This document shows positions 29,538 to 42,439 of a stretch of DNA of 51,079 nucleotides, piece after piece. Each line of letters starts with the position of its first letter. Within the stretch, counting starts at the first letter, position 1. The translations under genes and the position numbers were made by a program. The notes under the pieces were generated by a model. That model was not told where the DNA came from, searched no databases, and saw only the letters and a program-made list of their open reading frames with translations. Origin of the DNA: Lysobacterales bacterium (lineage in GTDB: Bacteria > Pseudomonadota > Gammaproteobacteria > Xanthomonadales > Ahniellaceae); NCBI GenBank assembly GCA_017997455.1, contig JAGOEZ010000001.1:1980-53058 (forward strand). The letters are read 5' to 3'.

Positions 29538-30146
29538 TCAGAGCCGCGCCAACTGGCGGTCGTGCACCCGCGCGAGCAGCAGTTGCGCGGTGATGGCGCC
29601 CAGCAGGGCCTGGAACATGTCGTTCTGGGTGTCCCAGATGTCGCCCTGGGTGCCGAGGAAGGCCTCGGCGCCGTGGCCGCCGATGAGCGCGGTCCACCAC
29701 TCGATCAACTCGTAGAAGGCGCTGAAGGCGAGGCAGATCGCGACCACGATCGTGAACAGCCACTTGCCCGGACGCAGCGGCGAGGTCCGCAGCAGGATCT
29801 CGCGGGCCAGGATCGCCGGGACGAAACCCTGGGCGAAATGGCCGATGCGGTCGTAGTGGTTGCGGGCAAAGCCGAAGGCCTCGCGCATCCACTCGCCCAG
29901 CGGGACCATCGCATAGGTGTAGTGGCCGCCGAGGATCAGGATCAGCCCGTGCACGAACAGCAGCGCGTACAACAGCATCGTGAGCGGGAAGCGCCGTCGC
30001 GTGGCGACCAGGATCGGGACCGCGATCAGGACCGGCGCGACTTCCAGCCACCACGTGACACGGTCGTTCGGCTCGACGCCCGAGACCGCCAGCGCGACGA
30101 AGGTCGCGGCGAGCAGCACGGCGGGAATCCAGGAGGATCCGGTCAT
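29538..30146 (-). CDS. DUF2238 (YjdF-like) inner-membrane protein
   Basis: Track ORF 29538..30197; I prefer ATG 30146, which lies 10 nt after the thyA stop. About 6 TM helices. NHYDRIGHFAQGFVPA and FLGTQGDIWDTQNDM are motifs I associate with DUF2238. Confidence 0.7.
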   Translation of the reverse strand: MTGSSWIPAVLLAATFVALAVSGVEPNDRVTWWLEVAPVLIAVPILVATRRRFPLTMLLYALLFVHGLILILGGHYTYAMVPLGEWMREAFGFARNHYDRIGHFAQGFVPAILAREILLRTSPLRPGKWLFTIVVAICLAFSAFYELIEWWTALIGGHGAEAFLGTQGDIWDTQNDMFQALLGAITAQLLLARVHDRQLARL

Positions 30147-30156
30147 TCGCGCATCC

Positions 30157-30951
30157 TCAAACCGCCACTGGCGCGCGGATCGCGGCCTGGGGTGCATAGT
30201 CGACGATCTCGATGTCCTCGTAGCGGAAATCGAACACCGACGTCACCGCGGGATTCAGCTGCAGCCTCGGCAACGGACGCGGCGTGCGCGCGAGCTGCTC
30301 GCGGGCCTGCTCGCGGTGGTTGTCGTACAGGTGCGCATCACCCAGGGTGTGGATGAACTCGCCGGGCGCCAGGCCGGTGACCTGCGCGACCATGTGCGTG
30401 AGCAGCGCATAGGAGGCGATGTTGAACGGCACGCCGAGGAACACGTCGCCCGAGCGCTGGTACAGCTGGCACGAGAGCCGCCCATCGGCGACGTAGAACT
30501 GGAACAGCGCGTGGCAGGGCATCAGCGCCATGCGCGGCAGGTCGCCGACGTTCCAGGCGCTGACGATCAGGCGGCGCGAATCGGGATTGCGCCGGATCTC
30601 GTCCACGACCCAGGCGATCTGGTCGATGCTGCGGCCGTCGCGGGTCTCCCACGAGCGCCACTGCTTGCCGTAGACCGGGCCGAGTTCGCCGTCGGCATCG
30701 GCCCATTCGTCCCAGATCGAGACCTTGTGCTCGCGCAGCGAGGCCACGTTGGTCTCGCCGCGCAGGAACCACAGGAGCTCATGGACGATCGAGCGCAGGT
30801 GCAGCTTCTTGGTCGTGACCAGCGGGAAACCGTCGGCGAGGTCGTAGCGCATCTGCCAGCCGAACACGCTGCGCGTGCCGGTCCCGGTGCGATCGGACTT
30901 GGGCGTGCCGTGGTCGTGCAGGTGGCGCAGGAGGTCGAGGTATTGGCGCAT
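30157..30951 (-). CDS. thyA: Thymidylate synthase ThyA
   Basis: 264 aa. [45 protein letters not shown] and [16 protein letters not shown]. Confidence 0.95.
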   Translation of the reverse strand: MRQYLDLLRHLHDHGTPKSDRTGTGTRSVFGWQMRYDLADGFPLVTTKKLHLRSIVHELLWFLRGETNVASLREHKVSIWDEWADADGELGPVYGKQWRSWETRDGRSIDQIAWVVDEIRRNPDSRRLIVSAWNVGDLPRMALMPCHALFQFYVADGRLSCQLYQRSGDVFLGVPFNIASYALLTHMVAQVTGLAPGEFIHTLGDAHLYDNHREQAREQLARTPRPLPRLQLNPAVTSVFDFRYEDIEIVDYAPQAAIRAPVAV

Positions 30952-31039
30952 GGTCGTGCCCGCGATTCTATCGCCAGCCGGGTGCGTAGTCGCGCACGGG
31001 ATGCACTTGAACGCTGCAGATTGCCAAGGTCTCGCCCCC

Positions 31040-31126
31040 TGTAGGAGCGCATCTCATGCGCGACCGCGGACTCGGAGTTCACCGAAACCTGCAGTGCCGC
31101 GGTCGCGCATGAGATGCGCTCCTACA
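31040..31126. repeat. REP inverted pair, family A
   Basis: TGTAGGAGCGCATCTCATGCGCGACCGCGG ... CCGCGGTCGCGCATGAGATGCGCTCCTACA. The right-hand CTAC contains the lgt stop codon. It lies between lgt and thyA. Confidence 0.9.
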
Positions 31127-31994
31127 GTCCGTTTCTGGTGTGCGGGGGCAAGGCCTGCCGCCGCGACAGCGCCAGCAACACCAGCCCCACCGCCACCAGC
31201 GGCAACGACAGCACCTGCCCCATCGTGAGCCACTCGAAGGCGAGGTACCCGAGGTGCGCATCCGGCACCCGCACGAACTCCACCAGGAAGCGGAAGCCTC
31301 CGTAGAGCACCGCGAACCAGCCCGACACCGCATAGCGCCGCCGCGGCTTCGCCGAGTACCACCACAACAGCGCGAACATCAGCAGGCCTTCGAGCAGGGC
31401 TTCGTAGAGCTGCGAGGGATGGCGCGCGTACGCACTAAGCTCGCCGACCTGGTGCAGCGCCTGCAGGCGCTCGGGCGACAGCCCTGCGTACTGCGCGGGC
31501 AAGCCGCTCGGAAAGACCACGGCCCACGGGACATCGGTGGTCTTGCCCCACAACTCGCCGCCGATGTAGTTGCCCAGGCGCCCGAAGCCCAGGCCCGGCG
31601 GCACGATCGGCGCGACGAAGTCGATGGTGTCCCAGGTCGCGATGCGATGGCGTCGCGACCACCACCACATGCCGACGAGCACGCCGACCAGCCCGCCATG
31701 GAAGGACATGCCGCCCTCCCACACGCGCAGCAGCGCCAGCGGATCGTGGATCCACTCCTGCCACCCGTACACCAGCATGTAGCCCAGGCGACCACCGGCG
31801 ATCACGCCCAGCATGCCGTAGAACATCAGGTCGGAATACGCCGCCTCGTCGATGCCCAGGCGCCCGGCGCGCACGCGCCGCAGGCCCAGCCAGTAGCCGA
31901 TGCCGAAGGCGAGCAGGTACATGATCCCGTACCAGTGGATCGAGAGCGGCCCGAGGCGCAGGGCGATCGGGTCGATCTGGTGCAGGATGGTCAT
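31122..31994 (-). CDS. lgt: Prolipoprotein diacylglyceryl transferase Lgt
   Basis: Track ORF 31122..32234; I prefer ATG 31994 ([30 protein letters not shown]). [31 protein letters not shown] and HPSQLYEA. Confidence 0.9.
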   Translation of the reverse strand: MTILHQIDPIALRLGPLSIHWYGIMYLLAFGIGYWLGLRRVRAGRLGIDEAAYSDLMFYGMLGVIAGGRLGYMLVYGWQEWIHDPLALLRVWEGGMSFHGGLVGVLVGMWWWSRRHRIATWDTIDFVAPIVPPGLGFGRLGNYIGGELWGKTTDVPWAVVFPSGLPAQYAGLSPERLQALHQVGELSAYARHPSQLYEALLEGLLMFALLWWYSAKPRRRYAVSGWFAVLYGGFRFLVEFVRVPDAHLGYLAFEWLTMGQVLSLPLVAVGLVLLALSRRQALPPHTRNGL

Positions 31995-32116
31995 GCCGCT
32001 CGGACTCGCTACGTACGGATCGGCGCGCTGACGGAGTCGACGCCCGGTGATTATGGACGATCGCAAATGGGGACGCGATGGCCGAACCAAGGTGACCGAC
32101 GCAAAACGAGAGCGCC

Positions 32117-34516
32117 CTACAGACGCTCCGACTCTCCAAGTGCCCGGGCCAGCATCGAATCGTCGATCCGCGATCGGACAATGGCAAGTCCCGCACCTAC
32201 GCAGCAAGCGCCGGCCGCCAGGCCGATGGCCCACGCGAGGGGTAGTGCGTCAGCCTTCCCCGATGGACTCAGCAGCGAAACAACCAGCAGGCTGGCCGTC
32301 ACCAGAGCGGCCGAGAGCAGACTCGCCGGCCACAGCCGTGCCCGCACCAGCGCCAAGGCCAGTTCCCAACGCCCGGCGCCGAAGGTCCAGCGCACGGCAA
32401 GCTCGGGCCGCATCCACTCCAGGGCTGCCAGCAAGGTACTGACGCACATCGCGACCGCGACCAGGGACACGACCACCATGATCAGGATCGACAGCAAGGC
32501 AACCGCAAGGTCAAGTCGAAGGTCTTCCGCAATCCTCTCCGCCACGGGGCGCGAAGGCCCCAAGGTCGCGCCGGGCACGATCGCCGCCAACGTTGACCCG
32601 ATTGCCGCGAGCTCCGGCCCACTCTCGCCCCGCCACAAGACGACACCGAGCCCGCTCGCCTGCCGGAGCGGGAGGTAGATCGTGGGCGTGGCGCTTCCGC
32701 GCGCGTCCGCGTACTGGGCGTCTTCGGCCAAGCCGCAGATCTCGATCTCGGGAAAGGTAGCCGATGCAGACGGGATCGATGCTCGGATCCTCGCGGCAGA
32801 GGGGCCTGCTGGTAGCCCGTGCTGCCGCAGGAATACCCGGTTCGCGATCGCCTGGTGCTCGCCAAGCATGCCGAGCGGCCCGCACCACGATGTAGCCGGA
32901 GTGCCGATCAGCGAGAAGTAGTTGCTGGTGACGAAGTTGATCGAAACGAGGTCGCTACGCGATGCGTTGTTCCATTGAATAACCGAGGAAACCACATTCG
33001 GCACGCCAATTGGCGCCGCTGTTGCCGCCGCGACCCTGCTGTCCGGCCTATCCATCGATACACCGTCAATCATGGCGGCGATCGAGCGACCATCGAGCAC
33101 GCTCGGGACACCACCGCCTACTTCCTCACTGCGGACGACGGGCGCGTTCTGCAGCCCCTCAACTTCGAATCCAAAGTCGCGCGTCGAAAACTCCAGCGCA
33201 CGATGCACGCCGAGAGTCGCCGTTCCCGCGACCACGACGACCGCGCACGCAGAGACGACGATCAATGCCATGGCGCCATGCTTGAGTCTGCGGATTCCCG
33301 ACTTCGCCTTGCCCATCGTTGGCGTGCCCGAAACCCAGGACTGCAATACCAATGGAACAGTTGCGATGATCGTGGCGACCAACAGCCATAGCGCCATTGC
33401 CTGCAGGCCTCCAGGCAGCGTGTTCAGAGTCTCGCGAAGTGGCAGCCCGGTTGCCTTCGGCGGAATCACGCCCAAGGTCGCCACGACTACCGCAGCACAG
33501 GCGACTACGACCAGCGCTGCGATTAGTTCCGCGCCCGCGCGCCTTGCCCACCAACGCCCCCTCGTCTCGCCGACCGCCATCCGCACGGCGTCGCTCGCAC
33601 GCTGGCGCATGAGCATGACGAATCGAGTCGCAACGTAGGTCGCGACAAGGACCACGGCCATCGCCAGCGCATTGAGCAAGAGCGCATCGCCCCACGCGCG
33701 GTAGACGATGCGCCGCTGCGGCGTATCGCCTACGCCAGGGAGCAAGGCCGCGCGCAGAGTAGAAAAGCGACTGGAAAATTGCAGCCAGTGATTCACCGAT
33801 GCGGCCCCAGCGACGAAGCCGCGGCTGGCCTTGAGCCCGATGAACTGCGGCCGAAGTGGGGCAACAACGTCCTGCATCCCCCGGGGCACGATCGCATAGG
33901 GCCACGCGCCGAGTGGAACCCAGCCCACCACAGGGCGCTCGGCCACTGGGCCGTCAAACGCACTCAGGGCGACCCCCACGATCCGAAACTCTACGCTTCC
34001 AGTGCTGCCTGGACGGGTATCTCCGATCGACTGCCATCGAATGCTTCGGCCTATTGCGGCTGCCTCGCTGCCAAACCAGGCACGCGCGGCGGTACGCGTT
34101 AGGACTACTTCCGCACCGGCATCCCCCTGCAAATCGAGCGCTAGACTGCGTGCCGTCAAAGTCCTTCCTAGAATCGGGACGCCAAGAATCGGCAACAGGT
34201 CCCCGGTCGTCCAGGCAAGGGTCTGGCGTCCCAAGGACCGATCATCGGCCCAAACCTCGCGAGTTAACGGCAAGGCCGTGAACCACTCACCGCCAACGCG
34301 GTCGCCGTCCAGCGCCGCCAACGCATCGAACGGAAGGGACTCGGCCACACCGAGAAAGGAGCCCGCCAACGCGATGTAGACGGTAGCGACGCGACCGTCC
34401 GGCGCACTTCCGGGAAGCCTGGGTTGCCGAACGTAGCTGGCCAAGCCGAGGCAGATTGCAAGCAATGCTAGACCCAAGCCAACGCCTGCGGGCTGCAATG
34501 ATCGACCCAGGCGCAT
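32117..34516 (-). CDS. Duplicated MacB/FtsX-type ABC permease (two [TM - periplasmic MacB_PCD-like domain - 3-TM FtsX] modules), no cognate ATPase nearby
   Basis: 799 aa. TM1 is [22 protein letters not shown]-like motifs in half 1 are [25 protein letters not shown] ... EFRIVGV. The FtsX motif is [28 protein letters not shown]. The second half repeats the pattern ([32 protein letters not shown], then [24 protein letters not shown]). Confidence 0.8.
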   Translation of the reverse strand: MRLGRSLQPAGVGLGLALLAICLGLASYVRQPRLPGSAPDGRVATVYIALAGSFLGVAESLPFDALAALDGDRVGGEWFTALPLTREVWADDRSLGRQTLAWTTGDLLPILGVPILGRTLTARSLALDLQGDAGAEVVLTRTAARAWFGSEAAAIGRSIRWQSIGDTRPGSTGSVEFRIVGVALSAFDGPVAERPVVGWVPLGAWPYAIVPRGMQDVVAPLRPQFIGLKASRGFVAGAASVNHWLQFSSRFSTLRAALLPGVGDTPQRRIVYRAWGDALLLNALAMAVVLVATYVATRFVMLMRQRASDAVRMAVGETRGRWWARRAGAELIAALVVVACAAVVVATLGVIPPKATGLPLRETLNTLPGGLQAMALWLLVATIIATVPLVLQSWVSGTPTMGKAKSGIRRLKHGAMALIVVSACAVVVVAGTATLGVHRALEFSTRDFGFEVEGLQNAPVVRSEEVGGGVPSVLDGRSIAAMIDGVSMDRPDSRVAAATAAPIGVPNVVSSVIQWNNASRSDLVSINFVTSNYFSLIGTPATSWCGPLGMLGEHQAIANRVFLRQHGLPAGPSAARIRASIPSASATFPEIEICGLAEDAQYADARGSATPTIYLPLRQASGLGVVLWRGESGPELAAIGSTLAAIVPGATLGPSRPVAERIAEDLRLDLAVALLSILIMVVVSLVAVAMCVSTLLAALEWMRPELAVRWTFGAGRWELALALVRARLWPASLLSAALVTASLLVVSLLSPSGKADALPLAWAIGLAAGACCVGAGLAIVRSRIDDSMLARALGESERL

Positions 34517-34517
34517 C

Positions 34518-35042
34518 TCAGAATAGGACTAAATTTACGTCCATCACCGTGGGTTGGATGCCGCGTCGCGCCAATTCCGCATCCAGCGTCGGACGGACGC
34601 GGGCGCAAGGCTCGCACATCGCCGCGAGTGCAGCGGGCACGACCACCAGCACGAGGCCGTCATTGCCGACGGCGTCCACGTCAAGCCGTGGAAACAGCTC
34701 CGTAATCTTCGCGGCGCCCTGCACGCAATCGAAGTTCAGACCGGAAATGAAGTCCAACTCGTATGCGCCCGCCAGACAGCCATCGAGGCCGAACGCCAAC
34801 ACGATCGGGAACCACGCAACTCGCGGATCGCCTGCCGCGCCTGCGGGCAGGCTGGCAGTGCCAGCCTTAAGCGCACCAGATCGATCAATGCTGCTCCTAA
34901 GTTCCACACTGGAAACGGACGGGCCTGAAGGCGTGGTTACTGGGACGTGGATCGGGTCGGCAGCAAACAAGCGCAACGGCATGCCCAAGGTGCCAGCGAT
35001 TGCACCGACGAGCGCTATCCCAAGCATGCTACGAGGAATCAT
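34518..35042 (-). CDS. Hypothetical exported protein with a C-terminal CxxC (CEPC) motif
   Basis: Track ORF 34518..35159 begins at a TTG. I prefer ATG 35042, which gives a signal-peptide-like MIPRSMLGIALVGAIAGTLGMPLRLFA/AD. Length 174 aa. There are four Cys in the mature part, including LVLVVVPAALAAMCEPCARV. Its stop lies 1 nt from the permease ATG. The start is uncertain. Confidence 0.55.
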   Translation of the reverse strand: MIPRSMLGIALVGAIAGTLGMPLRLFAADPIHVPVTTPSGPSVSSVELRSSIDRSGALKAGTASLPAGAAGDPRVAWFPIVLAFGLDGCLAGAYELDFISGLNFDCVQGAAKITELFPRLDVDAVGNDGLVLVVVPAALAAMCEPCARVRPTLDAELARRGIQPTVMDVNLVLF

Positions 35043-35206
35043 CAGGTATGTGCTCAAGCAACCCATGCAAGTCAACTTGGGTACCGCCCACATACATGGG
35101 CGGCCCCAAGGCGCTGAGTGAACTTCATCAAACGACCGACGTAGCCGGTTTCCCGCCAATACGCATTCGGGAGATGCTGACTATCGTCGCGGGTTACGCG
35201 AGAAAC

Positions 35207-35386
35207 CTAGAACGGGTGGTAGATGCATCGACCTCGCTCGCAAAAGAGAAAGCCGACCAACACCCCGGCCTGGAACACTGGATGCATCCCGTCGGGAAGC
35301 GCATTCGCTTCCTGTACCCCCGAAGCTCCCAGCACGAGGGCAACGGCCATCAGTACAGGCATCACGCGTTTCACTAGTGCTCGCAT
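35207..35386 (-). CDS. Small secreted peptide precursor (59 aa; predicted 29-aa Sec signal + 30-aa mature Cys-x4-Cys peptide)
   Basis: Track ORF 35207..35407. The internal ATG 35386 is preceded by GGGAGAG with a 5-nt spacer. MRALVKR + VMPVLMAVALVLGASG + QEANA/LP is a canonical n-h-c signal with an AxA site. The mature peptide is LPDGMHPVFQAGVLVGFLFCERGRCIYHPF. Confidence 0.5.
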   Translation of the reverse strand: MRALVKRVMPVLMAVALVLGASGVQEANALPDGMHPVFQAGVLVGFLFCERGRCIYHPF

Positions 35387-35594
35387 GTGTACTCTCCCGA
35401 GAGTCATCCCCCAACTGCCATCCTAACCGAGGCTCAAGGCAGACGCATAGTCCGCATTGAGTCGCTATCGGACGATTTGGGGTTCGCTTCGTTGCCGTCA
35501 TGCTTCAGGTACTTGCTGCGCGCACTAGGACCCAGGTCCTCTCGACGGAATTCCGGCCGCATGGTGCTCCTCGCGGTCGTCATACGCCTGCCGA

Positions 35595-36830
35595 TCAAGC
35601 CGGCAATACCCGGCAGACGTAGCCTTTTAGGTAGTCGGTCTCCGGAATTGCAGCGTGAATGGGATGATCCGGCCCTTGTTGCAGTTGCATCAGCACCTGC
35701 AGCGAGCGGTCCAGGTGCCGGGCGCCCTGCTGCAACGCGTCGAGCAGGGCCGCGCGCGGCATGTGGTACGAGCACGAGCAACTGACCAGGGTGCCGTCGC
35801 GCGCCAGCACCTGCATGCCGGCCTCGTTGAGGCGCCGGTAGGCGAGGCGGCCTTCGGCGTAGTCCTTCTTGCGCTTGACGAAGGCCGGCGGGTCGAGGAT
35901 CACCACGTCGTAGTGCTCGCGTTGCTGGCGCAGGCCCTTCAAGTGCTCGAAGGCATCGGCTTCGATCGCCTGCACGCGTTCGGACAGGCCGTTGGCCTCG
36001 GCGTTGGCGCGGATGGCGGCGACCGCGGCGGCGGAAACGTCGACGCAGTGCACTTCGCTCGCGCCCATCGCCGCGGCGCGCAGTCCCCAGGCGCCGGCAT
36101 AGCTGAACACGTCGAGCACGCGCTTGCCGCGCACCAGGCGCGAGAGCACGTCGCGATTGCCGCGCTGGTCGTAGAACCAGCCGGTCTTCTGGCCGCGCAC
36201 CGGGTCGATGGTGAAGCGCAGTCCGCCCTCCTCCACCGTCACCGACGCCGGCAATTCGCCGATGTCGGCCTCGACGTACTCGGGCAGGTTCTCGAGCCGG
36301 CGCGCCGAACCGGCGTTCTTCCACACCAGCGTGGCGGGCTTGAGCACCTTGGCCACCGCGTCGACCACGGCGCCGCGTTGCGCCTCCATGCCCGCGGTCG
36401 CGATCTGGCCCACGATCACGTCGCCGTAGCGGTCCAGCACCAGGCCCGGCAAGCCGTCGGACTCGCCGAACACCAGGCGGTAGTACGGTTGCTCGTACAG
36501 GCGCTCGCGCAATGCCAGCGCCACGTTGAGCCGATGCACGATGAGCGAACGATCCAGCGGATGGCGTAGTCCGCGCGTCACCAGGCGCGCGCAGATCAGC
36601 GCGTTCGGGTTGACGTAGCCGATGCCGAGCGGCTTGCCGGCGTGGTCGACCACCACCGCGGTCTCGCCCGGGCGGAAGGCCGTGAGCGGCGAGCGCTTGA
36701 CGTCGACCTCGTTGGAGAACACCCACAGGTGGCCGGCACGCAGGCGCGCATCCTCGCCCTTGCGCAGGCACAGCGCCGGATACTCGACCCCGGGCTCGGC
36801 CGCGGTGTCAACGGGTTCGATCTCTTCCAT
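35595..36830 (-). CDS. rlmI: 23S rRNA (cytosine1962-C5)-methyltransferase RlmI-like (PUA + class I SAM MTase)
   Basis: Track ORF 35595..36926; I prefer ATG 36830 (MEEIEPVD..). LRKGEDARLRAGHLWVFSNEV, QKTGWFYDQRGNR, VLDVFSYAGAWG, VILDPPAF and SCSCSYH. Confidence 0.85.
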   Translation of the reverse strand: MEEIEPVDTAAEPGVEYPALCLRKGEDARLRAGHLWVFSNEVDVKRSPLTAFRPGETAVVVDHAGKPLGIGYVNPNALICARLVTRGLRHPLDRSLIVHRLNVALALRERLYEQPYYRLVFGESDGLPGLVLDRYGDVIVGQIATAGMEAQRGAVVDAVAKVLKPATLVWKNAGSARRLENLPEYVEADIGELPASVTVEEGGLRFTIDPVRGQKTGWFYDQRGNRDVLSRLVRGKRVLDVFSYAGAWGLRAAAMGASEVHCVDVSAAAVAAIRANAEANGLSERVQAIEADAFEHLKGLRQQREHYDVVILDPPAFVKRKKDYAEGRLAYRRLNEAGMQVLARDGTLVSCSCSYHMPRAALLDALQQGARHLDRSLQVLMQLQQGPDHPIHAAIPETDYLKGYVCRVLPA

Positions 36831-36918
36831 GGCGCCAGTGTGAGGCCTCGCCGTCGCGCGGGGAAGCATCCCGCGGGCCTGCGTGGCAAGCTGGCGGCCC
36901 CGCCTGCAGGCCCGCCCC

Positions 36919-39028
<2,110 letters not shown>

Positions 39029-39033
<5 letters not shown>

Positions 39034-39214
39034 GAGCGCATCTCATGCGCGACCGAGGCCCCGCACGGCCGCGACGCCAGATCATCTCGCCCGCAGGAGC
39101 CCACGCCGTGGGCGACCGCGGCGTCGGTCGCCCGCGGCGTGGGCTCCTACGAGCATGTTGGATTGTGATCGCGAGCGTGCGGGGCCTCGGTCGCGCATGA
39201 GATGCGCTCCTACA
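39029..39214. repeat. Composite REP: family-A inverted pair whose spacer contains a second, variant REP pair (39093-39150)
   Basis: The outer arms are TGTAGGAGCGCATCTCATGCGCGACCGAGGCCCCGCAC / GTGCGGGGCCTCGGTCGCGCATGAGATGCGCTCCTACA. The inner arms are GCAGGAGCCCACGCCGTGGGCGACCGCGG / CGGTCGCCCGCGGCGTGGGCTCCTAC. It lies between the convergent DUF255 and gcvP 3' ends. Confidence 0.85.
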
Positions 39215-39227
39215 GGGCTGCGGCAGG

Positions 39228-42101
<2,874 letters not shown>

Positions 42102-42189
42102 GCGGGCGGGCAACCTGGGCGGCGAAGGGGATGGACGGATGCACGGCGCGCCGGCGCCGGGCCGCATCGCGATCCGTGCCGTGCGCCCC

Positions 42190-42378
42190 ATCTGTCGCTG
42201 CGCCTGAGAGCGTTATCCCTTCGGCGGGAGCGCCCGCGGCAACCGGCCACGTCGCTCCACTTTCCAGATTGGTGTGGCCTGCCGTCGCGGTCCTTCTGCC
42301 TGAGAGTTTCCGGGGCGGTTGCTCCTTCGGCGCCGGCCTCCCCGAAGGGGGCGCGGTCTCTCCCGTGACGGCGGCGAG
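42190..42378 (-). promoter_or_regulatory. Tandem glycine riboswitch in the gcvP leader
   Basis: The minus-strand RNA reads CGGGAGAGACCGCGCCCCCUUCGGGGAGGCCGGCGCCGAAGGAGCAACCGCCCCGGAAACUCUCAGGCAGAAGGACCGCGACGG (aptamer 1). It continues CUGGAAAGUGGAGCGACGUGGCCGGUUGCCGCGGGCGCUCCCGCCGAAGGGAUAACGCUCUCAGGCGCAGCGACAG (aptamer 2). Both carry the conserved GGAGAG/GGAAAG, CGCCGAAGG and CUCUCAGGC..GAC cores. The element lies ~90 nt upstream of the gcvP ATG. Confidence 0.85.
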
Positions 42379-42439
42379 AGTCTACCACGCGACCCTGTAG
42401 CAGCGAGGTCCGGCAATAGCGGTTGCGGTCGTGGAATCG

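Larger units (their letters stand above)
31995..35594. other. Low-GC genomic islet (probable horizontally acquired insert) between lgt and rlmI
   Basis: My hand counts on about ten sampled 60-nt lines give roughly 50-67% G+C (mean near 58%). Sampled lines in flanking genes give roughly 70-77%. The island ORFs use many A/T-ending codons (ATT, CCT, CGT, CTT, TTA, CTA, AAT, GTA) that are rare elsewhere in the window. There are no REPs inside it. Confidence 0.7.

Noticed and set aside
31995-32234. N-terminal extensions offered by the ORF track for lgt (to 32234), gcvP (to 42191), msrB (to 21130), rlmI (to 36926), rsmA (from 25901), lemA (to 44665), dgkA (to 46309) and others.
   Set aside because: The extensions are Arg/Pro-rich and non-conserved. 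They precede the point where family-typical N-termini begin, and often overlap upstream genes or regulatory RNA (for example the gcvP riboswitch platform). Internal ATGs with better context were chosen.
34456-35377. Plus-strand ORFs inside the islet (34456..35121, 34554..34928, 35000..35377, 35223..35426).
   Set aside because: They are antisense to the three co-directional minus-strand ORFs. They have no signal, TM or catalytic motifs, and their translations are Arg/Ser/Pro-rich. The minus-strand ORFs have an SD sequence, signal peptides, FtsX motifs and tight coupling.
31995-35594. Classifying the islet as a defined mobile element (IS, integron cassette, prophage remnant, ICE fragment).
   Set aside because: I found no transposase, integrase, terminal inverted repeats, attC-like site, tRNA target or convincing direct repeats by eye. 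I therefore report it only as a compositional islet.
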